A stretch of DNA of 64,000 bases, taken from an uncultured Hydrogenophaga sp. Lineage in GTDB: Bacteria > Pseudomonadota > Gammaproteobacteria > Burkholderiales > Burkholderiaceae_C. Positions 29,100 through 38,003 of this stretch are shown here, one piece after another. The DNA is taken from contig CAYFFJ010000003.1 of the NCBI GenBank assembly GCA_964342395.1, positions 2,181-66,180 on the forward strand. Direction: 5' to 3'. Position 1 is the first letter of the stretch, and each line of letters starts with the position of its first letter. Below the pieces are notes generated by a model that was not told the DNA's origin, ran no database searches, and saw nothing but the letters and a program-made list of their open reading frames with translations. The translations under genes and the position numbers were made by a program.

Positions 29100-30311
29100 A
29101 TGACCTCCAAAACACTCCTGCCCGGCAGCACCTCCGACCGCGGCCAACAACTCACGCTGGGCGTGATGGGCGGCGGCCAGCTGGGCCGCATGTTTGTGCA
29201 CGCGGCGCAGGCCATGGGCTACTTCCCCGCCGTGCTCGACCCGGACCCGGCCAGCCCCGCCGGGCGGGTGAGCCACTTCCACATCCAAACCGCTTACGGC
29301 GACGAGCAGGGCCTGGCCCAACTCATGCAGCGGTGCGACGCCATCACCACCGAGTTTGAAAACGTGCCCGCCCCGGCGCTGATGACACTGGCCGCCCACC
29401 GCCCCGTGGCCCCCGGCGCCAACGCCGTGGCCGTGGCGCAAGACCGGGTGAAAGAAAAAGCCCTGTTTGTGGCCTGTGCCGCCGACAGCGGGGTGAACCC
29501 CGCGCCCTATGCGTCCATCACCACGCCCGAGCTGCTGGCCGCCGTGCCCGCCAGCCTGTTGCCCGGCATTCTGAAAACCAGCACCCTGGGCTACGACGGC
29601 AAAGGCCAGGTGCGCGTGACCACCCGCGAAGCGCTGGCCGCCGCCTGGGACCAACTGGGCCGCGTGCCCTGCGTGCTGGAAAAAATGCTGCCGCTGGTGT
29701 CCGAGTGCTCGGTCATCGTGGCACGTGGGGCCGATGGCGCGTGTGTGCACTTCCCCGTGCAGCGCAACCTGCACCTCGACGGCATTCTGGCCGTGACCGA
29801 GGTTTATGAAGAAAATATGCCTCAAGCGCTTGCTGATAAAGCAGTGACAGCTGCGAAATTCATTGCAGCCCATCTGCACTACGTGGGCGTGTTGTGCGTG
29901 GAGTTTTTCGTGGTGGACGACGGCAGCGCCGACGGCGAGCTGGTGGTGAATGAAATGGCACCCCGCCCCCACAACAGCGGGCACTACACGCAAAACGCCT
30001 GCACCCTGTCGCAGTTCGACTTGCAGGTGCGCGCCATGGCCGGCATGCCTCTGGTGCAGCCGCGCCAGCACAGCCCTGCCGCCATGCTCAACCTGCTGGG
30101 CGACCTGTGGTTTGCCGCCGATGGCAGCGAGCGCACCCCAGCCTGGGACGCCGTGCTGGCCCTGCCCGGCACACACTTGCACCTGTACGGCAAGCTGGAA
30201 GCCCGCCAAGGCCGCAAGATGGGCCACCTGAACATCACCGCCGCCACGGCAGCCGAGGTCCGCGCCACCGCGCTGCGGGCCTGCGAGTTGCTGGGCCTGC
30301 CAGCGTTCTGA
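29100..30311 (+). CDS. purK: 5-(carboxyamino)imidazole ribonucleotide synthase
   Basis: Start at MTSKTLLPG. ATP-grasp features: GVMGGGQLGRM, GYDGKGQ, NEMAPRPHNSGH. It follows purE. Confidence 0.9.
   Translation: MTSKTLLPGSTSDRGQQLTLGVMGGGQLGRMFVHAAQAMGYFPAVLDPDPASPAGRVSHFHIQTAYGDEQGLAQLMQRCDAITTEFENVPAPALMTLAAHRPVAPGANAVAVAQDRVKEKALFVACAADSGVNPAPYASITTPELLAAVPASLLPGILKTSTLGYDGKGQVRVTTREALAAAWDQLGRVPCVLEKMLPLVSECSVIVARGADGACVHFPVQRNLHLDGILAVTEVYEENMPQALADKAVTAAKFIAAHLHYVGVLCVEFFVVDDGSADGELVVNEMAPRPHNSGHYTQNACTLSQFDLQVRAMAGMPLVQPRQHSPAAMLNLLGDLWFAADGSERTPAWDAVLALPGTHLHLYGKLEARQGRKMGHLNITAATAAEVRATALRACELLGLPAF
29803..29866 (-). repeat. interspersed repeat copy R6 (inside the purK CDS, read in reverse orientation)
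   Basis: The plus strand TGAAGAAAATATGCCTCAAGCGCTTGCTGATAAAGCAGTGACAGCTGCGAAATTCAT aligns with copy R5. It is an AT-rich island in a GC-rich gene and is translated as EENMPQALADKAVTAAKFI. Confidence 0.5.
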
Positions 30312-30336
30312 GCCACCGCTGCCTGCCCCGCCCAAC

Positions 30337-31380
30337 ATGCCTCGTCTGCTAGCCCCCCGCAGCGCCTACCCCAGCACCGACGACCCCGCCGTGTCAGCCG
30401 CGGCGGCGCAGTTGGCGCGTGGGGCGCTGCTGGGCCTGCCCACCGAAACGGTGTACGGGCTGGCGGCAGACGCCACCCAGGCCGACGCGGTGCAGCGCAT
30501 TTTTGCGGCCAAAGGCCGCCCGGCCGACCACCCGTTGATCGTTCACCTGCCCCCGCAGTGGGAAGCCGGGGTGGCGCATTTCGCCGCCGAGGTGCCCGCG
30601 TTTGCCCGGGCGTTGATGCAGGCGTTCTGGCCCGGGCCGCTCACCGTCATCGTGCCGCGCCAGCCCGGTGTGGCCGCTGCGGCCGCAGGCGGCCAGGCGT
30701 CGGTGGGGCTGCGTTGCCCCGCCCACCCGGTGGCCCAGGCCGTGCTGCAAGCCGCCCAGGCCCAAGGCGTGTGGGGCGTGGCCGCGCCCAGTGCCAACCG
30801 CTTTGGCCGCGTCAGCCCCACCACCGCACAGCACGTGGTGAACGAGTTTGATGCGCTGAACAGTGACGAACTGCTGGTGCTGGACGGGGGGGCCTGCGCG
30901 GTGGGCATCGAGTCCACCATAGTGGACGCCACCCGGGGCCACCCTGTGCTGCTGCGCCCCGGCATGTTGACACCCGCCCAGCTGGAAGCCGCCTGCGGCC
31001 AGCCCGTGCGCCTGCCCCACGAGGCGGTGGACGGCCAGCCCGCGCCGCGTGCCTCGGGCACGCTGGCATCGCACTACGCCCCCAACGCCCGGGTGCGGCT
31101 GATGGACGCCACCGCGCTGCAACAAGCGCTGGATGTGCTGGGCCCTGACGTGCCTGCGGGCCGCATCGCGGTGTACGCGCCGCAGCGCCCGCGCCAAACG
31201 GGCATTGCGTGGCATCCCATGCCCCTGCAAGCCAACGCTTGCGCCCACGAGTTGTTTGCCGTGCTGCGGGCGCTCGACGCCCAAGGCGTGGCCCTGATTT
31301 GGGTGCAAACCCCGCCCCACACCGACGAACTGCCCGAGTGGCAAGGCGTGCGTGACCGCTTGCAACGCGCCGCCGCCTAA
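30337..31380 (+). CDS. tsaC: L-threonylcarbamoyladenylate synthase (Sua5/YwlC/TsaC long form)
   Basis: LPTETVYGLAADA motif. The 347 aa length implies the extra Sua5 C-terminal domain. Confidence 0.85.
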   Translation: MPRLLAPRSAYPSTDDPAVSAAAAQLARGALLGLPTETVYGLAADATQADAVQRIFAAKGRPADHPLIVHLPPQWEAGVAHFAAEVPAFARALMQAFWPGPLTVIVPRQPGVAAAAAGGQASVGLRCPAHPVAQAVLQAAQAQGVWGVAAPSANRFGRVSPTTAQHVVNEFDALNSDELLVLDGGACAVGIESTIVDATRGHPVLLRPGMLTPAQLEAACGQPVRLPHEAVDGQPAPRASGTLASHYAPNARVRLMDATALQQALDVLGPDVPAGRIAVYAPQRPRQTGIAWHPMPLQANACAHELFAVLRALDAQGVALIWVQTPPHTDELPEWQGVRDRLQRAAA

Positions 31381-31423
31381 GATACGCGTCTTTTCCCCCG
31401 CCCGAACCCCGGAACCTTTTGCC

Positions 31424-32374
31424 ATGACCGCTCGCACCCCACGCGCCACCGCCCCAACCGCACCCACCCCTCTGTCACGCCGAGGCGTGCTGCGCGCAGG
31501 CGCCGCGGGTGGCCTGGCGGCCCTGCTGGGCGGTGCCACGTTGCTGACCGGTTGTGGCGATGGTGAAATCGTCTCGGCCCTGGCCCCCAGCCGATTCGTG
31601 TCGTTTGGCGATGGCCTGAGCGACCTGGGCCAAGGCGGCACCCGCTACACCATCAACGACAGCACCGTGAACACCTGGGCCGACCGTTTGGCCAGCCGCT
31701 ATGGCAAGACCCTCACGGCCCAGGCCGCCGGGGGCCTGGGCTATGCGCAGGGCCACGCCCCCACAGGGGCCTTGCCCCGCACCCTGGCCGCCCAAATCGA
31801 CGTGTTCCTGGCCAGCCAAACCCTGACAGCCAACGACGTGGTGCTGATCAACCTGCCCATGGCCGACGTGCTCAGCGCCCTGGCCGCCGTCAAAGCCAGC
31901 ACGTTGACTGAAACCGCCGCACTGGCCCAGGTGGACGCGGTGGGCCGCGCCCACGTGGTGCAAGTCAAACGGCTGCTGGCCGCCGGGGCCAAATACGTGC
32001 TGGTGCTGGGCATGTACCACCTGGGCACATCGCCGTTTGCCATCGCCCAGGGCCAGGTGGCGCTGGCCACCAGCCTTTCCCAGAAGCTGAACGACGCGTT
32101 CAAAACCGACGCGGTCAATTTGGGTGCCAACCTGTTGTTTGTGGACACGGCCTTCCTGGTCAACCGCAACGTGCTGACCGGCAGCGTCTACGGGTTCACC
32201 AACTTCAACACCGCCATTTGCACCACGGCTGACGCGTCCACCTGCAGCAGCAGCACACTGCTCTCGGGTGCCACGGCCGCGCAATATGTGTTTGCCGACG
32301 GCATCCACCTCACCCCCACCTGCAACCAGCAACTGGGCGATTACGCCTACACGCAACTGGCCAACCGCTGGTAA
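31424..32374 (+). CDS. SGNH/GDSL-family lipase/esterase, probable Tat-exported lipoprotein
   Basis: Twin-arginine signal SRRGVLRAGAAGG, lipobox LLTGC and GDS(L) block FVSFGDGLSD. Confidence 0.75.
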   Translation: MTARTPRATAPTAPTPLSRRGVLRAGAAGGLAALLGGATLLTGCGDGEIVSALAPSRFVSFGDGLSDLGQGGTRYTINDSTVNTWADRLASRYGKTLTAQAAGGLGYAQGHAPTGALPRTLAAQIDVFLASQTLTANDVVLINLPMADVLSALAAVKASTLTETAALAQVDAVGRAHVVQVKRLLAAGAKYVLVLGMYHLGTSPFAIAQGQVALATSLSQKLNDAFKTDAVNLGANLLFVDTAFLVNRNVLTGSVYGFTNFNTAICTTADASTCSSSTLLSGATAAQYVFADGIHLTPTCNQQLGDYAYTQLANRW

Positions 32375-32393
32375 GCGGTGGGCCTGCGCGGCC

Positions 32394-32648
32394 TCAGCGG
32401 TAGCGCAGCTTCATGAACAGGATGCCGCTGGCCAGCGCCAGCGTCACGGTGTTGGAAATCACCACGGGCCAGGCGCCCAGCAGCGCGCCATACACCAGCC
32501 ACCCCGCCACGCCGGTGGTGAACACGCTGTACATGCCCAACGAGATACCGCTCACGTCTTTGGTTTTGAAGGTGAGCCACACCTGGGGAATGAAGCTGGC
32601 AGTGGTCAGGGTGGCGGCGAAAAAGCCAACGGTGTCGGTCGCGGTCAT
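32394..32648 (-). CDS. SemiSWEET (PQ-loop) sugar transporter
   Basis: 84 aa with 3 TM segments, the PQ motif in TTASFIPQVWLTFKTKDVSGISL, and a C-terminal FMKLRYR typical of bacterial SemiSWEETs. Confidence 0.8.
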   Translation of the reverse strand: MTATDTVGFFAATLTTASFIPQVWLTFKTKDVSGISLGMYSVFTTGVAGWLVYGALLGAWPVVISNTVTLALASGILFMKLRYR

Positions 32649-32664
32649 GGCGGGAATGGATCAA

Positions 32665-34119
32665 TCAAGGCGCTTGGGAAGCGGCCCACTCTAACAGCGC
32701 GTCCATCACCGGGCGGGCCTGCGGGGCATTGGCGTGGTTGACCATGCCCACCACCACCAGGGGGCGCCCGTTGCGGGCCCACACATACCCGGCCACGGCC
32801 ACCACGTCGCGCAGCGAGCCGGTTTTGATGCGGGCGTTGCCCAGCGCCAGCTTCATCACCCCGCGCTCGCCCATGCGCGCCGCGGTGCCGTCCACCCCCG
32901 CCACGGGCAGCGACTGGCGCAGCACCTCGCCACTGGGGTGGGCGGCCGCGTCACGCAGCAAGGCCAGCAGGCCATCGGCGGTGATGCGCTCTTCGCGCGA
33001 CAGGCCCGAGCCGTTGTCCATCACCGGCGCCGGGGCCTTGGCGCCAAAGCGGGTGTGCCACCAACGGCCCACCCGCTGGCGGGCACGCTCGAACGTGGCA
33101 GGCGCGGCGGGCGAGGCCGCCAGGGTCAGAAACACCTGCTGCGCCATCACGTTGTTGCTGTGCTTGTTGATGTCGGCCACGATGTCGGCCAGGGGCAACG
33201 AAAGGGCTTCGTGCAGCAACCGGGCCTGCGGCGGCACAGGCCCCAAGCGGGTGACGCCGGTGAGCAGCCCGCCCCCGGCGCGCCACAGGCCCTCCAGCGC
33301 ACGGGCCGCGTATTGGCCGGGCTCCACGTAGGCCACGGGCCAGGAGCGCTCACCGCAGCGGGCGGGGTAGTGGCCCGCAAAACGGATGGCATTGGGGTCG
33401 TCAAACCGGGCTTGCAGGCCACCGCGCCAGTCGCCACAAGCGGCGTTGGTCAGGGGCACAGAGGCATCCACCGCCAGCCCGGCCAGCGGGGGCTCATAGG
33501 TCACACGGGCCATGCCTGCGGCGGGGTCGGGCACAAAGCCCATCACCACGGCTTTGAAATTCACCAGCAACGCCTCAGGCGCCGCGTTGTAGGGGCGCAG
33601 GCGCTCGCCGTCGAACGCGGCCGGGTCGGCCGCAGGCACGGCAAACGCGCTTTGGTCCAGCACGATGTCGCCGCGCACCACGGTCACGCCCGCCTCGTGC
33701 ACGGCTTGCAGGGCAGCGGCAATGCGCTCCATCACAAACTTCGGGTCACCCCCGCCGCGGATGTGCAGGTTGCCGCGCAGCAGGCCTTGCGCCACCGTGC
33801 CGTCCACGTAAAAACCGGTGCGCCACAGGTGGGCAGGGCCCAGCAAATCGAGCGCGGCATGGGTGGTGACGAGCTTCATGACCGAGGCCGGGTTCATGGG
33901 CCGCTGCGCGCCCAGCGCCAGCAGCGGCGCCCCTCCGTCCACCGGGGCCACCAGCAGGGCAACAGCATCGTCGGGCAGCCCGGCTTTTTTCACGGCCTGG
34001 CGCAAGCTGGGCGGCCAGGCGCTGGGCTGCGCCCAGGCCACGCCCCCCCACCCCCCCATCCCACACAGGGCCAACACACACACACAACGGGCAAACACAG
34101 GGGACATGGGGCAGACCAC
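32665..34119 (-). CDS. dacB: D-alanyl-D-alanine carboxypeptidase/endopeptidase, PBP4 family
   Basis: SxxK (ASVMK), SxN (HSNN) and KTG (IKTGSL) motifs plus a signal peptide. An alternative start exists at 34107. Confidence 0.9.
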   Translation of the reverse strand: MVCPMSPVFARCVCVLALCGMGGWGGVAWAQPSAWPPSLRQAVKKAGLPDDAVALLVAPVDGGAPLLALGAQRPMNPASVMKLVTTHAALDLLGPAHLWRTGFYVDGTVAQGLLRGNLHIRGGGDPKFVMERIAAALQAVHEAGVTVVRGDIVLDQSAFAVPAADPAAFDGERLRPYNAAPEALLVNFKAVVMGFVPDPAAGMARVTYEPPLAGLAVDASVPLTNAACGDWRGGLQARFDDPNAIRFAGHYPARCGERSWPVAYVEPGQYAARALEGLWRAGGGLLTGVTRLGPVPPQARLLHEALSLPLADIVADINKHSNNVMAQQVFLTLAASPAAPATFERARQRVGRWWHTRFGAKAPAPVMDNGSGLSREERITADGLLALLRDAAAHPSGEVLRQSLPVAGVDGTAARMGERGVMKLALGNARIKTGSLRDVVAVAGYVWARNGRPLVVVGMVNHANAPQARPVMDALLEWAASQAP

Positions 34120-34211
34120 GGCAAAAAAGACAAAGGGGCAAATTATCCAGGGGGCTGGCCGATAATCCGTGGCCGCCCGCCGCGCCCGCCGCCGCGCCTC
34201 AACGGCACCAA

Positions 34212-34274
34212 AAAAATAGCAAACTTTTCAATACAGACAAGCGCAATAGGCCAAAAACGTGACAAAAACATTGC
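34212..34274 (+). repeat. interspersed repeat copy R1 (intergenic between dacB and tsaB; overlaps the tsaB GTG start)
   Basis: AAATAGCAAACTTTTCAATACAGACAAGCGCAATAGGCCAAAAACGTGACAAAAACATTGC. Confidence 0.75.
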
Positions 34275-35062
34275 GCCTGCTGGCCCTGGACACCGGCACC
34301 GCCGAACAACACGTGGGCGTGGCCCACCTGCCAAGCAGCGACGGCAAGGCAGCGTTTTGGCTGCACAGCGGCGACGGTGGCGCACAGGCCTCGCTCTCGC
34401 TCATCCCCACCGTGCTGGATTTGCTGGCCCAGGCCCACACCCCGCTGGCCGGGCTGGACGCGCTGGTGTTTGGCCGGGGCCCCGGCTCGTTCACGGGGCT
34501 GCGCACCGCCTGCGCGGTGGTGCAAGGGCTGGCGTATGGCACCCGGTCAAACACGCACCCGCTGGGTCTGCCCGTGCTGGGCATTGACAGCCTCATGGCC
34601 GTGGCCGAAGACGCGCGCCAGCACTGGCACACCGACCACGCCTCGGCACCCGGCACCCCGCTGACCGTGACCGCCCTGCTCGACGCCCGCATGGACGAGG
34701 TGTACGCCGCCACCTACACCTTTGCCGACGCCACCCAGCCCCAGGCCACCCTGGCCGGCGGCCCCTGGCTGCTCAAGCCCGAGCAAGTGGCGGGCATGCT
34801 GGCCCCCACCGCACACACCCACCTGCTGGCGGGCAATGCCTTCGAGGCTTACAGCCCCCGGCTGCCCACGCTCCTGCCCCGCCTGGCCGCCGCGCCCACC
34901 GCCGCCGCCCTGCTGCGCCTGGCCCCCGCGCTGCTGGCGCAAGGCCTGGCAGGCCCCGCCGCCGACGCCCAGCCCCTGTACGTGCGCGACAAGGTGGCCC
35001 AAACCACCGCCGAGCGCGAATCGGCCCGCCACACCCCGGCAGCCACAGGCGGGGTCGCATGA
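34259..35062 (+). CDS. tsaB: tRNA t6A37 biosynthesis protein TsaB
   Basis: LALDTGT, GRGPGSFTGLR and the link to rimI. The apparent start is GTG. Confidence 0.85.
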   Translation: MTKTLRLLALDTGTAEQHVGVAHLPSSDGKAAFWLHSGDGGAQASLSLIPTVLDLLAQAHTPLAGLDALVFGRGPGSFTGLRTACAVVQGLAYGTRSNTHPLGLPVLGIDSLMAVAEDARQHWHTDHASAPGTPLTVTALLDARMDEVYAATYTFADATQPQATLAGGPWLLKPEQVAGMLAPTAHTHLLAGNAFEAYSPRLPTLLPRLAAAPTAAALLRLAPALLAQGLAGPAADAQPLYVRDKVAQTTAERESARHTPAATGGVA

Positions 35063-35586
35063 CGCCCACCGCCGAACGCGAGCTGCAGCTGCTGCCCCTG
35101 ACCGAGGCCGACCTCGACCTGGTGTGGGACACCGAAAAACGCGCCTACGCCCACCCCTGGTCACGCGGCAACTTTGACGATTCGCTGCGTGCGGGCTACC
35201 CCGCGCAAATGCTGGTCACGCCACCGCTGCCCGGCGACCACCCGGTGCAACTCACCACCAGCGGCCACATGCTGCTGGGCTACTGGGTGGCCATGGCGGG
35301 CGTGGACGAAATGCACCTGCTCAACATCGCCGTCGCCCCCGAGCACCGCCGCCAGGGCTGGGGCCTGGTGTTGCTGCAAGCCCTGGCCACCCACACCCTG
35401 GCCCAGGGCCACGCGTGGCTGTGGCTGGAAGTGCGCACCGGCAACACCCCCGCCCAGGGCCTGTACCGGCGCATGGGCTTTTTGCCCGTGGGCCTGCGCA
35501 AGCAGTACTACCCCGCTGGCAACGGCCAGCGCGAAGACGCGGTGGTGATGAGCCTGAACCTGCGGGCCCACCCGCCCACGCCATGA
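35059..35586 (+). CDS. rimI: ribosomal-protein-alanine N-acetyltransferase
   Basis: GNAT acetyl-CoA motif RRQGWGLVLL. It overlaps the tsaB stop. Confidence 0.85.
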   Translation: MTPTAERELQLLPLTEADLDLVWDTEKRAYAHPWSRGNFDDSLRAGYPAQMLVTPPLPGDHPVQLTTSGHMLLGYWVAMAGVDEMHLLNIAVAPEHRRQGWGLVLLQALATHTLAQGHAWLWLEVRTGNTPAQGLYRRMGFLPVGLRKQYYPAGNGQREDAVVMSLNLRAHPPTP

Positions 35587-36431
35587 ACCCGCCCACCGTT
35601 GACCCCATGACCGCCCTGCACTCGCTGCACCTGGACGAACGCCAGCGTGCCATGTTGGCCGCCATGGGCACCCCCGTGTGGTGGCCCGAGGCCATCACCA
35701 GCACGGCCGCCACCTTGGCCGAACCACCACCCGCCCATCCCCCCCGGGCCGACACGCCGGCCCAGCCGGTGGTGCCCCTGGCCAGCCCGGCCCCCCCCCA
35801 CACCGACGGCACAGCCATTGCCTCGCTGGACTGGGACGCGCTGACCCACGCCATCCAGTCCTGCCAGGCCTGCGGCCTGTGCCAAGGCCGCCAACGCGCC
35901 GTGCCGGGCTCGGGGCACCGCCAGGCCCGCTGGATGATCGTGGGCGAAGCCCCCGGCGAGCAGGAAGACACACAAGGCCTGCCCTTTGTCGGCCCCGCCG
36001 GGCAACTGCTGGACGCCATGCTGGCGGCCATGGGCCTCACGCGCGAGGCCGACGTGTACATCGCCAACGTCATCAAGTGCCGACCGCCCCACAACCGCAA
36101 CCCCGAACCCGCCGAGGTGGCGCAGTGCCGCCCCTACCTGCAACGGCAAATTGAGCTGGTGCAGCCCGACCTCATCCTGGCCCTGGGCCGCTTTGCCGCC
36201 CAGACCCTGCTGGCCGGTGTGGTGCCCGACGTGGACAAACTGCCCCTGGGCAAACTGCGCGGGCTTATTCACCGGGTGGACGGGCGGCCCGTGGTCGTCA
36301 GCTACCACCCCGCCTACCTGCTGCGCAGCCCCGCCGAAAAAGGCAAAACCTGGGCCGACCTGTGCCTGGCCATGGAAGCCCTGGGGCACAACCCCCTGGC
36401 AGCACCGCCCCCGGCACAGCCCCAAACCTAA
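35583..36431 (+). CDS. uracil-DNA glycosylase, family 4, with a Pro-rich N-terminal extension
   Basis: ATGA overlap with rimI. Motifs: [16 protein letters not shown] and HPAYLLR. Confidence 0.85.
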   Translation: MNPPTVDPMTALHSLHLDERQRAMLAAMGTPVWWPEAITSTAATLAEPPPAHPPRADTPAQPVVPLASPAPPHTDGTAIASLDWDALTHAIQSCQACGLCQGRQRAVPGSGHRQARWMIVGEAPGEQEDTQGLPFVGPAGQLLDAMLAAMGLTREADVYIANVIKCRPPHNRNPEPAEVAQCRPYLQRQIELVQPDLILALGRFAAQTLLAGVVPDVDKLPLGKLRGLIHRVDGRPVVVSYHPAYLLRSPAEKGKTWADLCLAMEALGHNPLAAPPPAQPQT

Positions 36432-36442
36432 AATTCGCCCCC

Positions 36443-37267
36443 ATGACCTTCATTGAAAAACTCGGCGCCGCCAGCGCCCAACACAACAGCCTGCTTTGCG
36501 TGGGCCTGGACCCCGAGCCCACCCGCTTTCCCGGTGCGTGGCAGGGCGACGCCAGCAAAATTTTTGATTTCTGCGCGGCCATCGTGGACGCCACCGCCGA
36601 CATCGCGCAGTCGTTCAAACCGCAAATTGCCTACTTCGCCGCCCACCGCGCCGAAGACCAGCTGGAAAAGCTGATGGCCCACATGCGCCGCGTGGCCCCC
36701 CAGGTGCCGGTGATTCTGGACGCCAAACGCGGCGACATCGGCTCCACCGCCGAGCAATACGCCAAAGAAGCCTTCGAGCGCTACCAGGCCGACTGCGTCA
36801 CGCTGTCGCCCTTCATGGGTTTTGACTCGGTGCTGCCCTATTTGAAGCACGAAGGCAAAGGCGCCTACCTGCTGTGCCGCACCTCCAACCCCGGCGGCGA
36901 CGACCTGCAAAGCCAGCGCCTGGCCAGCGTGGACGGCCAACCCCTGCTGTACGAACACATCGCCCGCCTGGCCCAAGGCCCGTGGAACGCGAACGGCCAA
37001 CTGGGCCTGGTGGTGGGCGCCACCTACCCGGCTGAAATTGCCCGTGTGCGCGCTCTGGCACCCACCCTGCCCCTGCTGATTCCCGGCGTGGGCGCGCAGG
37101 GGGGCGACGCCAAAGCCACGGTGCAGGCAGGCCTCACCGCGCAAGGACTGATCTCAGTCAACTCGTCGCGCGCCATCCTGTACGCCAGCAGCGGTGCCGA
37201 CTTTGCCGACGCGGCACGCGCCGAAGCCATTCGCACGCGCGAACTGCTGAACGCCTCAATGGCATAG
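36443..37267 (+). CDS. pyrF: orotidine 5'-phosphate decarboxylase (type 2)
   Basis: [19 protein letters not shown] and PGVGAQGG motifs. Confidence 0.9.
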   Translation: MTFIEKLGAASAQHNSLLCVGLDPEPTRFPGAWQGDASKIFDFCAAIVDATADIAQSFKPQIAYFAAHRAEDQLEKLMAHMRRVAPQVPVILDAKRGDIGSTAEQYAKEAFERYQADCVTLSPFMGFDSVLPYLKHEGKGAYLLCRTSNPGGDDLQSQRLASVDGQPLLYEHIARLAQGPWNANGQLGLVVGATYPAEIARVRALAPTLPLLIPGVGAQGGDAKATVQAGLTAQGLISVNSSRAILYASSGADFADAARAEAIRTRELLNASMA

Positions 37268-37318
37268 CAAACAAACCAATACAGTCAAGCGCTAGAGGCC
37301 AAAAAATCCTAAAATCGG
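37264..37318 (+). repeat. interspersed repeat copy R4 (supplies the pyrF TAG stop)
   Basis: ATAGCAAACAAACCAATACAGTCAAGCGCTAGAGGCCAAAAAATCCTAAAATCGG. Confidence 0.7.
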
Positions 37319-37349
37319 AGTACGCCCACGGCTCAAGGCCGGTGGGGTG

Positions 37350-37502
37350 TCAAGGTAGGTTCCGGCTGAGGTTGAGCGAGACGATGTCTTGCAGGTCAAA
37401 GTCCGACTCCAGCTGAGCCGGGTCAGCCGGGCACTTGGTTTCTATGCGAGACAGGCATCTGCGCAGCGACTCCAGCTTTTGCTCTACAACGGTGGCATCC
37501 AT
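37350..37502 (-). pseudogene. truncated HepT (DUF86) toxin remnant, N-terminal 50 codons only
   Basis: My own translation gives MDATVVEQKLESLRRCLSRIETKCPADPAQLESDFDLQDIVSLNLSRNLP*. It starts 19 nt before the MNT stop, which is the typical TA overlap. The C-terminal Rx4HxY region is missing. Confidence 0.6.
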
Positions 37503-37906
37503 GCGGCCCGCCTTTCCTTCAGTAAACGGTTGCGATACGGGGCAAAGTCGGCCTGATCGAACAGGTTGCGGCTGATCAACTTGCCGTAGGCGGTGTCGTC
37601 ACCGCTTATCCGGTGTCCATGCCGCAAGATTTCGCTCAGCAAGGGGGGCGACACGGCCTGCAAATCAATCAAATCCACCGGACGACCGGTCTCTTGCGCC
37701 AGGGCACCGATGATGCCCATCCGCTCATCCTCCGTCAGTGCCCCTCGCGCGCTGGCAACGGCAATGTCCAGATCGCTGTCGGGTCGAGGAGTGCCACGTG
37801 CCACGGAGCCGAACACCAGCGCCAGGGTCAGCTGCGGAAAACGCGCCAGCACCCGGCGCAAGGCGGCGTCGCTGGGGCTGTCGGGTCGAAGGCTTGAAGC
37901 ACTCAT
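37484..37906 (-). CDS. MNT-type nucleotidyltransferase antitoxin (type VII TA, HepT/MNT)
   Basis: Start at MSASSLRPD follows AAGGAA. Polymerase-beta nucleotidyltransferase motif GSVARGTPRPDSDLDIAV. Confidence 0.75.
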   Translation of the reverse strand: MSASSLRPDSPSDAALRRVLARFPQLTLALVFGSVARGTPRPDSDLDIAVASARGALTEDERMGIIGALAQETGRPVDLIDLQAVSPPLLSEILRHGHRISGDDTAYGKLISRNLFDQADFAPYRNRLLKERRAAWMPPL

Positions 37907-38003
37907 CAAAGGTGTTCCTTCAGGGTCAACACACGAAATAACATACCGCAGAACGGTGCCCAGGCAAACGGTCACTTCCGTGGTTTGAGTGGCATCGGCC
38001 GTT

